Source: Thermomicrobiales bacterium (lineage in GTDB: Bacteria > Chloroflexota > Chloroflexia > Thermomicrobiales > JALYUS01). From it: a stretch of DNA of 43,035 nt. The translations under genes were made by a program, and so were the position numbers. The stretch spans positions 1 through 43,035 of the forward strand of contig JBBRMX010000002.1 of assembly GCA_038230615.1 (NCBI GenBank). Direction: 5' to 3'. The notes under the pieces were generated by a model. The model was not told where the DNA came from. It worked only from the letters and a program-made list of their open reading frames with translations, and made no database searches. The stretch's first letter is position 1, and every line of letters begins with the position of its first letter. Shown here piece by piece: positions 35,786 to 43,035 of the stretch.

Positions 35786-35998
35786 GCCGCCCGCCGGTTC
35801 TTTGTACCGGGCAGGTATACAGACGGTCGCATCCCGTCGCAGCCGTCAACCATCGCGCCCCCGTCACCCCTCCACCCGCAACGAGCGGGCAGCGGCGCAC
35901 GGAACACGCGAACGAGACGAAATTGCGACAGCGTGCAAGATAACACATAGTGTACTCGCAAACCCCGGCGCAGGCATACCGCTACCGTGTAGCGGCTG

Positions 35999-37372
35999 TC
36001 ACGGCGCAGTCGGCGGCACACTCGCCAGATGCCGTAGCATCTCCTCGACCTGCGTAATTTTCACGCGCGGTCTGCCCTGTGCCTCCCCCTGTGCGATCTC
36101 GTGCCTGTCCAGCGCGAACCAGTCCTCCAGCGTAATCACGCGTACTCCGCGTGCGTGCAACAATTCCGCGATCGCGTCTGCATCGGTTGCGGCATGTCGG
36201 GGCAATGTGGCAATATCCTCGATGAGCGACCGCACCGTTTCGGCGGAATCCGCTTTGTTTGTCCCGATCAACCCGCTCGGCCCGCGCTTGATCCATCCCG
36301 TCACATATTCTCCCGGCACGACATGGTCGTCTTCCACCACCCGCCCCGCATTGTTCGGCACGGTCCCCGTCCGCGCATCGAACGGCACACCGGGGAGCGG
36401 TGCGCCCCGGTACCCGACCGACCGCAGCACCATCTCCACCGGCAGCGTCTCCCGTTCCCCTGTCCCGACTGCATTTTGTCGCGCATCGAGCCGGTTCCGC
36501 TCGATCACCACGCCCGTGACGCTCTCCTCGCCGCGCACCTCCACGGGCGACACGAGGAAGCGCAGATGCACACGGCGTGGTTTCCCTTCCAACGGTTTCG
36601 CGGCGAACCCCCGCAGTACCTCTAAATTCTTCTGCGCCACATTCTGGCCCGCCAGTGCCGCCTCACTCGCCGCATCCAGCACCAGTTCTTCCGCTCGGAC
36701 GACAATATCTGCATGGCTCAGTTCGCCCAGTTCGCGCAGTTCCTTCGTCGTAAACTTCGCCTGCACCGGGCCGCGCCGCGCCAGCAAATAGACATCCGTC
36801 ACGGCACTGCGCCCCAGGTCTGCCAGCGCGTGATCCGCAATATCGGTCGTTCGCAGTTCATCGGGAGTCTTGGCAAGAATCCGCGTGACATCTATCGCCA
36901 CATTCCCCGCCCCGACCACCGCCACGCCGCGTGCGCGGAGGCCGATATGATCCATCGCGCTGTCGGGATGCCCGTTGTACCACGCGACAAACTCCGTTGC
37001 GGAGAAATTACCCGTGATGTCTTCGCCGGGGATGCCAAGCCTGCGGTCGTGCGACGCCCCGAACGCATAGATAATTGCCCCGTAATACTCGTGCAGTTCC
37101 GCCCGGCTCAAATCCCGCCCGATGGCGACATTGCCGAAAAAGCGCACCCGTGTATCCGCCAGTGTGCGGGCGAAGATGCGCGTCACCGCCTTGATCGTCC
37201 CGTGATCGGGCGCGACGCCGTAGCGTACCAACCCGTACGGCGTCGGCAACCGGTCGAACACATCCACCGCTACCGCCTGTTGCGTCTGGTGCAGCAGCGC
37301 ATCGGCGGCATAAATCCCCGCAGGCCCCGACCCGATAATCGCCACCCGCAAAACCGCACTCTCCGTTGTCAT
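35999..37372 (-). CDS. FprA/adrenodoxin-reductase-type ferredoxin--NADP+ reductase
   Basis: VAIIGSGPAGIYAADAL...VDVFDRLPTPYGLVRYGVAPDH matches the FprA-type pattern. 457 aa after trimming the start to ATG 37372 (MTTESAVLRV). Confidence 0.85.
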   Translation of the reverse strand: MTTESAVLRVAIIGSGPAGIYAADALLHQTQQAVAVDVFDRLPTPYGLVRYGVAPDHGTIKAVTRIFARTLADTRVRFFGNVAIGRDLSRAELHEYYGAIIYAFGASHDRRLGIPGEDITGNFSATEFVAWYNGHPDSAMDHIGLRARGVAVVGAGNVAIDVTRILAKTPDELRTTDIADHALADLGRSAVTDVYLLARRGPVQAKFTTKELRELGELSHADIVVRAEELVLDAASEAALAGQNVAQKNLEVLRGFAAKPLEGKPRRVHLRFLVSPVEVRGEESVTGVVIERNRLDARQNAVGTGERETLPVEMVLRSVGYRGAPLPGVPFDARTGTVPNNAGRVVEDDHVVPGEYVTGWIKRGPSGLIGTNKADSAETVRSLIEDIATLPRHAATDADAIAELLHARGVRVITLEDWFALDRHEIAQGEAQGRPRVKITQVEEMLRHLASVPPTAP

Positions 37373-37437
37373 CCTTCTGCGTACCTTCTCCGTATGTGGC
37401 GTGTCGCCGCGTTCCGGGCGTTCCGGGCGTGCCAGTC

Positions 37438-38511
37438 TTATCCCGGTGTCGCTCCCTGCGTGTTCACGTACACTGCGTACACCGACTGGCTCGCCGCCAT
37501 GAACAGCCGGTTGCGCTTCGGGCCGCCGAAACAGACATTCGCGCACGCCTCCGGCAGGCGAATGCGCCCGATCAATTGGCCCTCCGGCGAGAAGATCAGC
37601 ACCCCGTTGTACCCGATGCCCTCCTCGCCCGCATTGCTGGCGCACCATAGGTTGCCGTGCACATCCGCCCGCATCCCGTCCGGCCCGCACTTCACGCCGT
37701 CTACCATCATATCGGTAAACACCCTGCCGTTCGTCGCTTTGTGCTCCGATGTCACATCGTACACCTTGATGTCGCGGGGACCGGGGCCAGTGTCACACAC
37801 ATACAGTTTCGTGTAATCCGGCGAGAAACACAGCCCGTTCGGGCGCATCAGTTCGTCCGTAATCAGGTCAACCCTGCCGCTCGGATCAACGCGGTAGACC
37901 GAGTTCGGCAACTGCTGCCGCTGCCCGCCGCCCGTCTCCGCGCCTGTCGTTGGGCGCAATGCCCCGCCCTCGTCCGGTTGCCCCTCATAGAGCGACCCCC
38001 CGTACGGTGGGTCCGTAAACCATATGCTGCCGTCCGGGTGCGGCACGACATCATTGGGCGAGTTTAGCCGCTTTCCATCGTATGAATCCGCAATCACGGT
38101 ACATGTGCCGTCGTGTTCCCATCGCACCACGCGGCGCGAGAAATGTTCGCACGAGAGCAATCGCCCCGTGAAATCGAAGGAATTGCCGTTGCTGTTGTTC
38201 GCAGGGCTGCGGAAGACCGAAACGCGCCCGTCGTCCTGCATCCAGCGATACTGCACATTGTTGGGAATATCGCTCCACACCAGATACCGCCCCTGATTGC
38301 TCCAGGCGGGGCCTTCCGCCCACATCGCGCCCGTCCAGAGCCGTTGCAGCGGCGTATTCCCGACGCGCAACGCCGCGAAGGTAGGTTCGATCACCAGCAT
38401 ATCCGGGTCAGGGTAGATCGTTGGCGGTGCATGTTGTCCCCACTGACGCGGCGGGTCGGTTATCGTCGTCGTCGGCATCCGCGAAACACGCGCTTCGTCT
38501 GTCACGAGCAT
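37438..38511 (-). CDS. SMP-30/gluconolactonase/LRE family beta-propeller hydrolase
   Basis: EGPAWSNQGRYLVWSDIPNN, NSPNDVVPHPDGSIWFTDPPYG, PNGLCFSPDYTKLYV, GPDGMRADVHGNLW. Confidence 0.85.
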   Translation of the reverse strand: MLVTDEARVSRMPTTTITDPPRQWGQHAPPTIYPDPDMLVIEPTFAALRVGNTPLQRLWTGAMWAEGPAWSNQGRYLVWSDIPNNVQYRWMQDDGRVSVFRSPANNSNGNSFDFTGRLLSCEHFSRRVVRWEHDGTCTVIADSYDGKRLNSPNDVVPHPDGSIWFTDPPYGGSLYEGQPDEGGALRPTTGAETGGGQRQQLPNSVYRVDPSGRVDLITDELMRPNGLCFSPDYTKLYVCDTGPGPRDIKVYDVTSEHKATNGRVFTDMMVDGVKCGPDGMRADVHGNLWCASNAGEEGIGYNGVLIFSPEGQLIGRIRLPEACANVCFGGPKRNRLFMAASQSVYAVYVNTQGATPG

Positions 38512-38538
38512 TTCCTCCCTTTGCGCGGTCTCCGCGCA

Positions 38539-39831
38539 TCACGCGACCAGTTCGCGCCCCGCGCCGTACGATGCGTAGGCGCGTTCATCCACGATCTCCT
38601 TGAGATGCTGCACCGCCCGCCAGCACTCCGCGTACGATGTATAGAGCGCAATCGGTGCCAGCCGGACAACATTCGGCGGGCGAAAATCGGGGACGACGCC
38701 CCGCGCCTTCAAGGCTTTGCCGATGCGCGACGCCTCCGCATGTTCCACCGCCACATGCCCCCCGCGCCGTGCGTGGTCGCGTGGCGTCCCGATGGTGTAC
38801 TGATACGGCGCGTCGAGCAAACCCATCGCCTCGATCAGCGCAATAAGATAATCCGTGCGCTCCAGCGACGCCGCCCGGATCGCGTCAATCCCTGCCTCCG
38901 CAAACATTGTCAACGAGCCGTGTAGAGGAGCAGTACTGAGCAGCGGCGGTGTGCTGATCTGCCATTTGCCCGCCCCCGCTGCCCCCGCGAAGGTGTGCGA
39001 CATATCGAACTGCGTCGCTTTGTTGCTGCCCCACCAGCCCGCAAGCCCCGGTTCGCGGTCGAAATGCCGCCGGTTCACATACAATCCGGCGGTGCTGCCG
39101 GGGCCGCTGTTCAAATACTTGTACGTACACCAGAAACCGAAATCTACGCCCCACGCATCGAAATGGTGCGGCACCAATCCCACCGAGTGGCAGCCATCTA
39201 TCCCGATCACCGCGCCGCACGCGTGCGCTGCCGCTGTCAGCCGTGCCAAATCCAGCAACTGCCCGCTCCGATAGTAGACGGCGGGCAGGAGCAGCACCGC
39301 CACGTCGTTTGTCAGCGCGGCGATAATGTCGTCTTCCGCGATTGTCCGCCCGTCGCGGCTCGGAACACTCACAAGGTCGTGGGTGGGGTCGCCCCCATGC
39401 AGCCGTATCTGGCTTTCCAGCGCGTACATGTCGGACGGAAAATCGAGCGAGGTCGCGACAATTTTCCGGCGATTCCCCGTCGGGCGATAAAACGTCGCCA
39501 CGAGCGCGTGGAGGTTTACCGTCGTGCTCGCCGTCACAACCACTTCGTCCGCCGCCGCCCCGACGAGCGGGGCCATCAGCGCACCGAGGTCCTCCGCAAG
39601 GCTATACCACGGCGGTTCCGCTTGCATCCACGCATTGATGCCTTGCCGCTTCCACTCGTCCAACACGCGCAACAACGACGCCTCCGCATCGCGGGAGAGC
39701 AGACCGAGCGAGTTGCCGTCCAGATAAATCGTGTCCGCCGGGATGTAAAACCGCTCCCGGAACGGGGCGAGCGGGTCGTCCGCATCGCGGCGGTGCGCCC
39801 CCGCAAGCGTGGTGTCCATGGTAATGCTCAC
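38539..39831 (-). CDS. kynU: Kynureninase (PLP-dependent hydrolase)
   Basis: IYLDGNSLGL and DFGFWCTYKYLNSGPG (PLP-Lys block), about 430 aa. GTG start at 39831 preceded by GGGGGAA; alternative ATG at 39819. Confidence 0.82.
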   Translation of the reverse strand: MSITMDTTLAGAHRRDADDPLAPFRERFYIPADTIYLDGNSLGLLSRDAEASLLRVLDEWKRQGINAWMQAEPPWYSLAEDLGALMAPLVGAAADEVVVTASTTVNLHALVATFYRPTGNRRKIVATSLDFPSDMYALESQIRLHGGDPTHDLVSVPSRDGRTIAEDDIIAALTNDVAVLLLPAVYYRSGQLLDLARLTAAAHACGAVIGIDGCHSVGLVPHHFDAWGVDFGFWCTYKYLNSGPGSTAGLYVNRRHFDREPGLAGWWGSNKATQFDMSHTFAGAAGAGKWQISTPPLLSTAPLHGSLTMFAEAGIDAIRAASLERTDYLIALIEAMGLLDAPYQYTIGTPRDHARRGGHVAVEHAEASRIGKALKARGVVPDFRPPNVVRLAPIALYTSYAECWRAVQHLKEIVDERAYASYGAGRELVA

Positions 39832-40023
39832 GGATTCCCCCTATCGTTGCCGCCCTTGTCGCCTTTGCCGCGTACGTCGTGCGCCGGAGAACCGCCCCGC
39901 ACATATCGCATCGCATCCGCCACTGTTCTCCCGTACGAGGGAAGATACCATAGCACGCGCATCCGTCGGTAGTCGTGCGGGGGCGAAAACCCGTGTGGCG
40001 GCGCAAAACCTGCGGGGCAACCT

Positions 40024-40701
40024 TCAGGGCGCGAGGCGCATTTGGCGGCTCTGCGTGAGGCGAATATGCGCTTCCAGAAGGTGTGCGGCGTGTTCGCCGT
40101 CACCCGCCCGCAACGCGCCGACAATCGCGTCGTGCTGGTCGGTCACGGGCTGATACGTCCCGTTGCGGAAGAACAGAAAGGGCAGTCGCGCCCGCAGCCG
40201 CGTCATCTGCTCGATCAACTCGACGAGGTATCGGTTACCGGTGATAACGGCAATCTCGCGGTGGAAACGGTGATCCACGGTGCTTGCCTGCTCGACATCG
40301 TCCTCGGTTTCGATGGCGGCGGGCGCGGCGGCGAGCATCGTATCGAGGCGATGCCAATCTGCAGCGGTACCACGATGTACGGCAAGCCGAACGATGTTCG
40401 GTTCCCATAACAGGCGTGCCTCCATCTGCTGGTGTACATCGTCGAAACTGATCGGTGTCACGATCATGCCGCGCCGGGGATAGATCGTCACGAGACCTTC
40501 GCTGGCGAGGCGGTGCAATGCTTCGCGGATCGGGGTGCGACCGAGGCAGAGTTGCTGGCTAAGGAGCGATTCATCGAGGACGGCACCGGGCGCGATCCGC
40601 AGTTGGATGATCGCATGGGAGAGCGCAGCATATGCTTGATCTCGCTTCAATGTTGTCGTGTGCGGATCATCTGTGGTGAGCAATCCGCGCAGGTCGGTCA
40701 T
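40024..40701 (-). CDS. GntR-family transcriptional regulator (FadR/FCD subfamily)
   Basis: Winged-HTH LSQQLCLGRTPIREALHRLASEGLVTIYPRRG, then a helical FCD-like C-terminal domain. Start uncertain: ATG 40701 (MTDLRGLL) or ATG 40758 (ORF track). Confidence 0.82.
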   Translation of the reverse strand: MTDLRGLLTTDDPHTTTLKRDQAYAALSHAIIQLRIAPGAVLDESLLSQQLCLGRTPIREALHRLASEGLVTIYPRRGMIVTPISFDDVHQQMEARLLWEPNIVRLAVHRGTAADWHRLDTMLAAAPAAIETEDDVEQASTVDHRFHREIAVITGNRYLVELIEQMTRLRARLPFLFFRNGTYQPVTDQHDAIVGALRAGDGEHAAHLLEAHIRLTQSRQMRLAP

Positions 40702-40751
40702 CGTCACTCGTTCGTTTCCTTCCGCATGCCGGGGATAGTGCGCCGTTTTTC

Positions 40752-40803
40752 TTGACACACATCGTCGTTGGCGTCTAGCATATCAGAGATATATCAGTGA
40801 GAT
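40752..40803 (+). promoter_or_regulatory. Putative promoter plus direct-repeat operator for the peptide ABC operon
   Basis: TTGACA (40752-40757), 18 nt, TAGCAT (40776-40781). ATATCAG is repeated at 40780-40786 and 40791-40797 (11-bp phase) inside an AT-rich island. Confidence 0.45.
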
Positions 40804-40832
40804 GCGTAGTAGCACGATGCGGGAGGCAGAAG

Positions 40833-42644
40833 ATGCGTACACCCATTGCCCCACCGGGACCGGAAGGCGGCGCACAACGTCTGTCGCGGCGGCGGTTTCT
40901 TGCCCTCGCATCTGCGGCGGCGGGCGCGACGATTCTCGCGGCGTGCGGCGGCGAGACTGCGCCAACTGCGACGGTTCTCGCGCAGGCGACGGCGACCCGC
41001 CCCGCGACGCAAGCCCCGCTTGCTGCCGGGAATGCGGCGGGGACAACCCCGACTACCGCTGCGCCCGTTGCTGCCGGCTCCGCTCCGGCGGGTGCGACGG
41101 CAGCAACAGGCGCGGCGTCTACTCCGGTGGGAACGGCGGCAAGCGCGGCTGCCTCCCCAACGATTCAGGCGATGGCGGGGAAGGCGGGGGGCGTAAAGAA
41201 TTACAAGGTCGCGCTGTTGGGCGATCTCACGCAACTCGACCCCGCGCTGATCAACAGCCAAGTAGATTTTCAGGTTGCGGAAGCGATCTACAACTATATC
41301 GGGCGGTACACGTATAACCCGCCGCTCGGCAATGCGATCACGCCGGAACTGGCAGACTGGGAAGTGCTGGACGGCGCGAAGACGTATATTTTTCACATCA
41401 AGAAGGGCGTGAAGTTCCACGGCGGGTATGGCGACCTGACCGCCGACGACATCAAGTACAACTGGGAACGTATCAAGGACCCCAAGACTGCCTCGCCTTA
41501 TCGCACCGATTTTACGGGGGGCGAGATCACGATTGTGGACCCGCTGACGCTCAAGGTGACATTCGACCGCTCGTACCCGTCGTTCATCTCGGCGTCGCTG
41601 GCATTCCGACCCGGATTCGTCATATCCCCGAAGGCATTTATGGAATTGGGCGACCGCTGGAAGACGCACCCCATCGGGACGGGGCCATTCTTGTGGGACA
41701 ATTATCAGGCGGGATCGAGCCTCGTGCTGAAGCGTAACCCGGAGTACTGGGGGGCGAAGCCGAAGGTTGACCAGATCACGTACAAATTCAAGGTGGACGA
41801 CCGCGCTGCGGTGCTTGCCGTGGCGAAGGGCGAGTTGGATGCGTACTACCTCGCCGACCCCGATGTCGCGGCGAGTGTGGCGAAAAACCCCGACCCGAAT
41901 GTGCGTTTTCTCAAGTCGCAGTTCGGGCAATCGCCGATGACGATCTGGTACAACATGAAGAAGAAGCCGCTGGACGATGTGCGCGTGCGGCAGGCACTAC
42001 GCTATGCGATTGACGGCAATGCGATTGCGAAGAATCTGTTCGGGGGGCTTGCGGACCCGATCAACAGTTTTCTGCCGCCGTTTATGTTCGGGTTTTCGGA
42101 CGATGTGACGCGCTTCGACTACAACCCGGATAAGGCGCGGCAACTGCTGAAGGAGGCGAATGTCTCTCCGGATTGGCAGCCGAATATGCTCGGCGTCTCC
42201 ACACTGGTCATCAACCGGCGCATTCTGGAGGCGGTGACTTCGTACTGGACAGACATCGGTGTAAAGGTGAAGACCGAGCTGCTCGATCAGGGGATCATCA
42301 ACCAACGCACGAACGCGGGCGACTACGACATGTACGGTACGTATATTTCGCGCATCGAGCCGGACCAACTGGCAACGCCGTATTGGAGTTCTGGCTCATC
42401 GTCAAACCGCTCGTACTATAGCGGGGCGGACGATCTGATCGTGCGGGCGAAGTCGGAACCCGACCTCGCGCAACGCGCCAAACTGTACCGCGATTTGCAA
42501 GACAAGATTTCGCAGGATTCCCCTGCCGCGTTTGTGGTCGCGGTGTCGGAAAGCCTTGTCGTGAACAAGCGGGTGACGGGGATTACGGGCGCGAGCTGGC
42601 AGGAACGGCACGACTGGTTCAATGTGGATGTTCCGGCGGAATAG
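40833..42644 (+). CDS. ABC transporter substrate-binding lipoprotein, family 5 (peptide/nickel type), Tat signal
   Basis: Start at ATG 40833 with a GGGAGG RBS. Twin-arginine motif SRRRFLAL and lipobox LAAC-GG, followed by a roughly 80-aa Ala/Thr/Pro tether and an SBP_bac_5-like body (GTGPFLW). Confidence 0.9.
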   Translation: MRTPIAPPGPEGGAQRLSRRRFLALASAAAGATILAACGGETAPTATVLAQATATRPATQAPLAAGNAAGTTPTTAAPVAAGSAPAGATAATGAASTPVGTAASAAASPTIQAMAGKAGGVKNYKVALLGDLTQLDPALINSQVDFQVAEAIYNYIGRYTYNPPLGNAITPELADWEVLDGAKTYIFHIKKGVKFHGGYGDLTADDIKYNWERIKDPKTASPYRTDFTGGEITIVDPLTLKVTFDRSYPSFISASLAFRPGFVISPKAFMELGDRWKTHPIGTGPFLWDNYQAGSSLVLKRNPEYWGAKPKVDQITYKFKVDDRAAVLAVAKGELDAYYLADPDVAASVAKNPDPNVRFLKSQFGQSPMTIWYNMKKKPLDDVRVRQALRYAIDGNAIAKNLFGGLADPINSFLPPFMFGFSDDVTRFDYNPDKARQLLKEANVSPDWQPNMLGVSTLVINRRILEAVTSYWTDIGVKVKTELLDQGIINQRTNAGDYDMYGTYISRIEPDQLATPYWSSGSSSNRSYYSGADDLIVRAKSEPDLAQRAKLYRDLQDKISQDSPAAFVVAVSESLVVNKRVTGITGASWQERHDWFNVDVPAE

Positions 42645-42671
42645 GGCGGGGACACGCGAGAGAAGGACGAT

Positions 42672-43035
42672 ATGAACCGGATACTGGGGCGGTTGGGGCA
42701 GGCAGTGCTGACGGTCTTCGGTGCGCTGACGGTAGTCTTTCTGGTGTTGCGGCTGACCCCCGGCGACCCGGTACAGATTATGCTCGGTGACTACGCGACA
42801 CCCGAACTGACCGCCGCCCTGCGGAAACAGTATGGGCTCGATCAGCCGATCCCCGTGCAGTATTTCGTCTTCCTGAAGAACACACTCACTGGCAATTTCG
42901 GGCTGTCGCTCTCGCAGAAGACGAGCGTCGTAACGGTGATTCAGGGGGCGTTGCCGTTTACAGTCGCGCTGGCGGTGGCGGCGATGGCGGTAACGTGCGC
43001 GGTCGGTATTCCGCTCGGCATTATTGCCGCGGTGA
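42672..43035 (+). CDS. ABC transporter permease (DppB/OppB type), 3' partial
   Basis: Not in the ORF track because no stop is reached. ATG 42672 after GAAGGA. Translation MNRILGRLGQAVLTVFGALTVVFLVLRLTPGDPVQIML... is the typical N-terminus of binding-protein-dependent peptide permeases. Confidence 0.85.
   Translation, partial: MNRILGRLGQAVLTVFGALTVVFLVLRLTPGDPVQIMLGDYATPELTAALRKQYGLDQPIPVQYFVFLKNTLTGNFGLSLSQKTSVVTVIQGALPFTVALAVAAMAVTCAVGIPLGIIAAV

Noticed and set aside
34796-35950. 384-aa plus-strand ORF opposite the transketolase-family gene. The same situation occurs at 4613-5647, 6964-8043, 27317-28261, 38995-39972 and 40794-41930.
   Set aside because: In every case the opposite strand encodes a protein with clear family motifs. 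The shadow translations are Arg/His-rich and have no plausible RBS or start context.
35786-35998. 213-nt region upstream of the transketolase-family (TPP-dependent) gene, examined for a TPP riboswitch or other leader RNA
   Set aside because: I find no CUGAGA element or other TPP-riboswitch core. Only a small hairpin (CCGCTAC-cgt-GTAGCGG, 35979-35995) is present, and it is better explained as the terminator of the upstream fprA-like gene.

Overview
GC-rich bacterial chromosomal segment (about two-thirds G+C by eye, not computed). It is densely coded and I see no mobile elements, CRISPR arrays, rRNA or recognisable defence genes. Gene content suggests a Chloroflexota-like monoderm, but that is inference only: it rests on the Chlor_Arch_YYY/DUF2298-type proteins and on lipoprotein binding proteins with long Ala/Thr/Pro tethers. 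I support 31 CDS, two of them cut by the window edges, and one tRNA. In order: DUF885 protein (5' partial); a livJHMGF branched-chain amino-acid ABC operon (minus strand); a class A PBP; an orphan family-5 binding lipoprotein coupled to a GNAT acetyltransferase; aroC; a membrane-anchored Clp_N-domain protein; a secreted Cys-repeat protein; a small TM ORF coupled to rsfS; tRNA-Ala(CGC) directly upstream of mutL; two giant translationally coupled polytopic membrane proteins of the YYY/DUF2298 type; fmt; an asymmetric heterodimeric ABC exporter pair; a sugar-phosphate cluster (rpe, pgi, glk and a divergent long transketolase-family gene) with a PPOX-class protein between glk and the transketolase gene; a GntR-headed cluster (kynureninase, SMP-30/gluconolactonase, FprA-type reductase); and the start of a Tat-lipoprotein peptide ABC importer (3' partial). 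The best candidate for an undescribed system is the YYY pair at 17388-24223, whose first member is fused to a GT-C-like glycosyltransferase module. Many ORF-track entries are long antisense or out-of-frame shadow ORFs typical of high-GC DNA and were rejected. All start codons, promoters and terminators are manual calls from the sequence. No database search was run.
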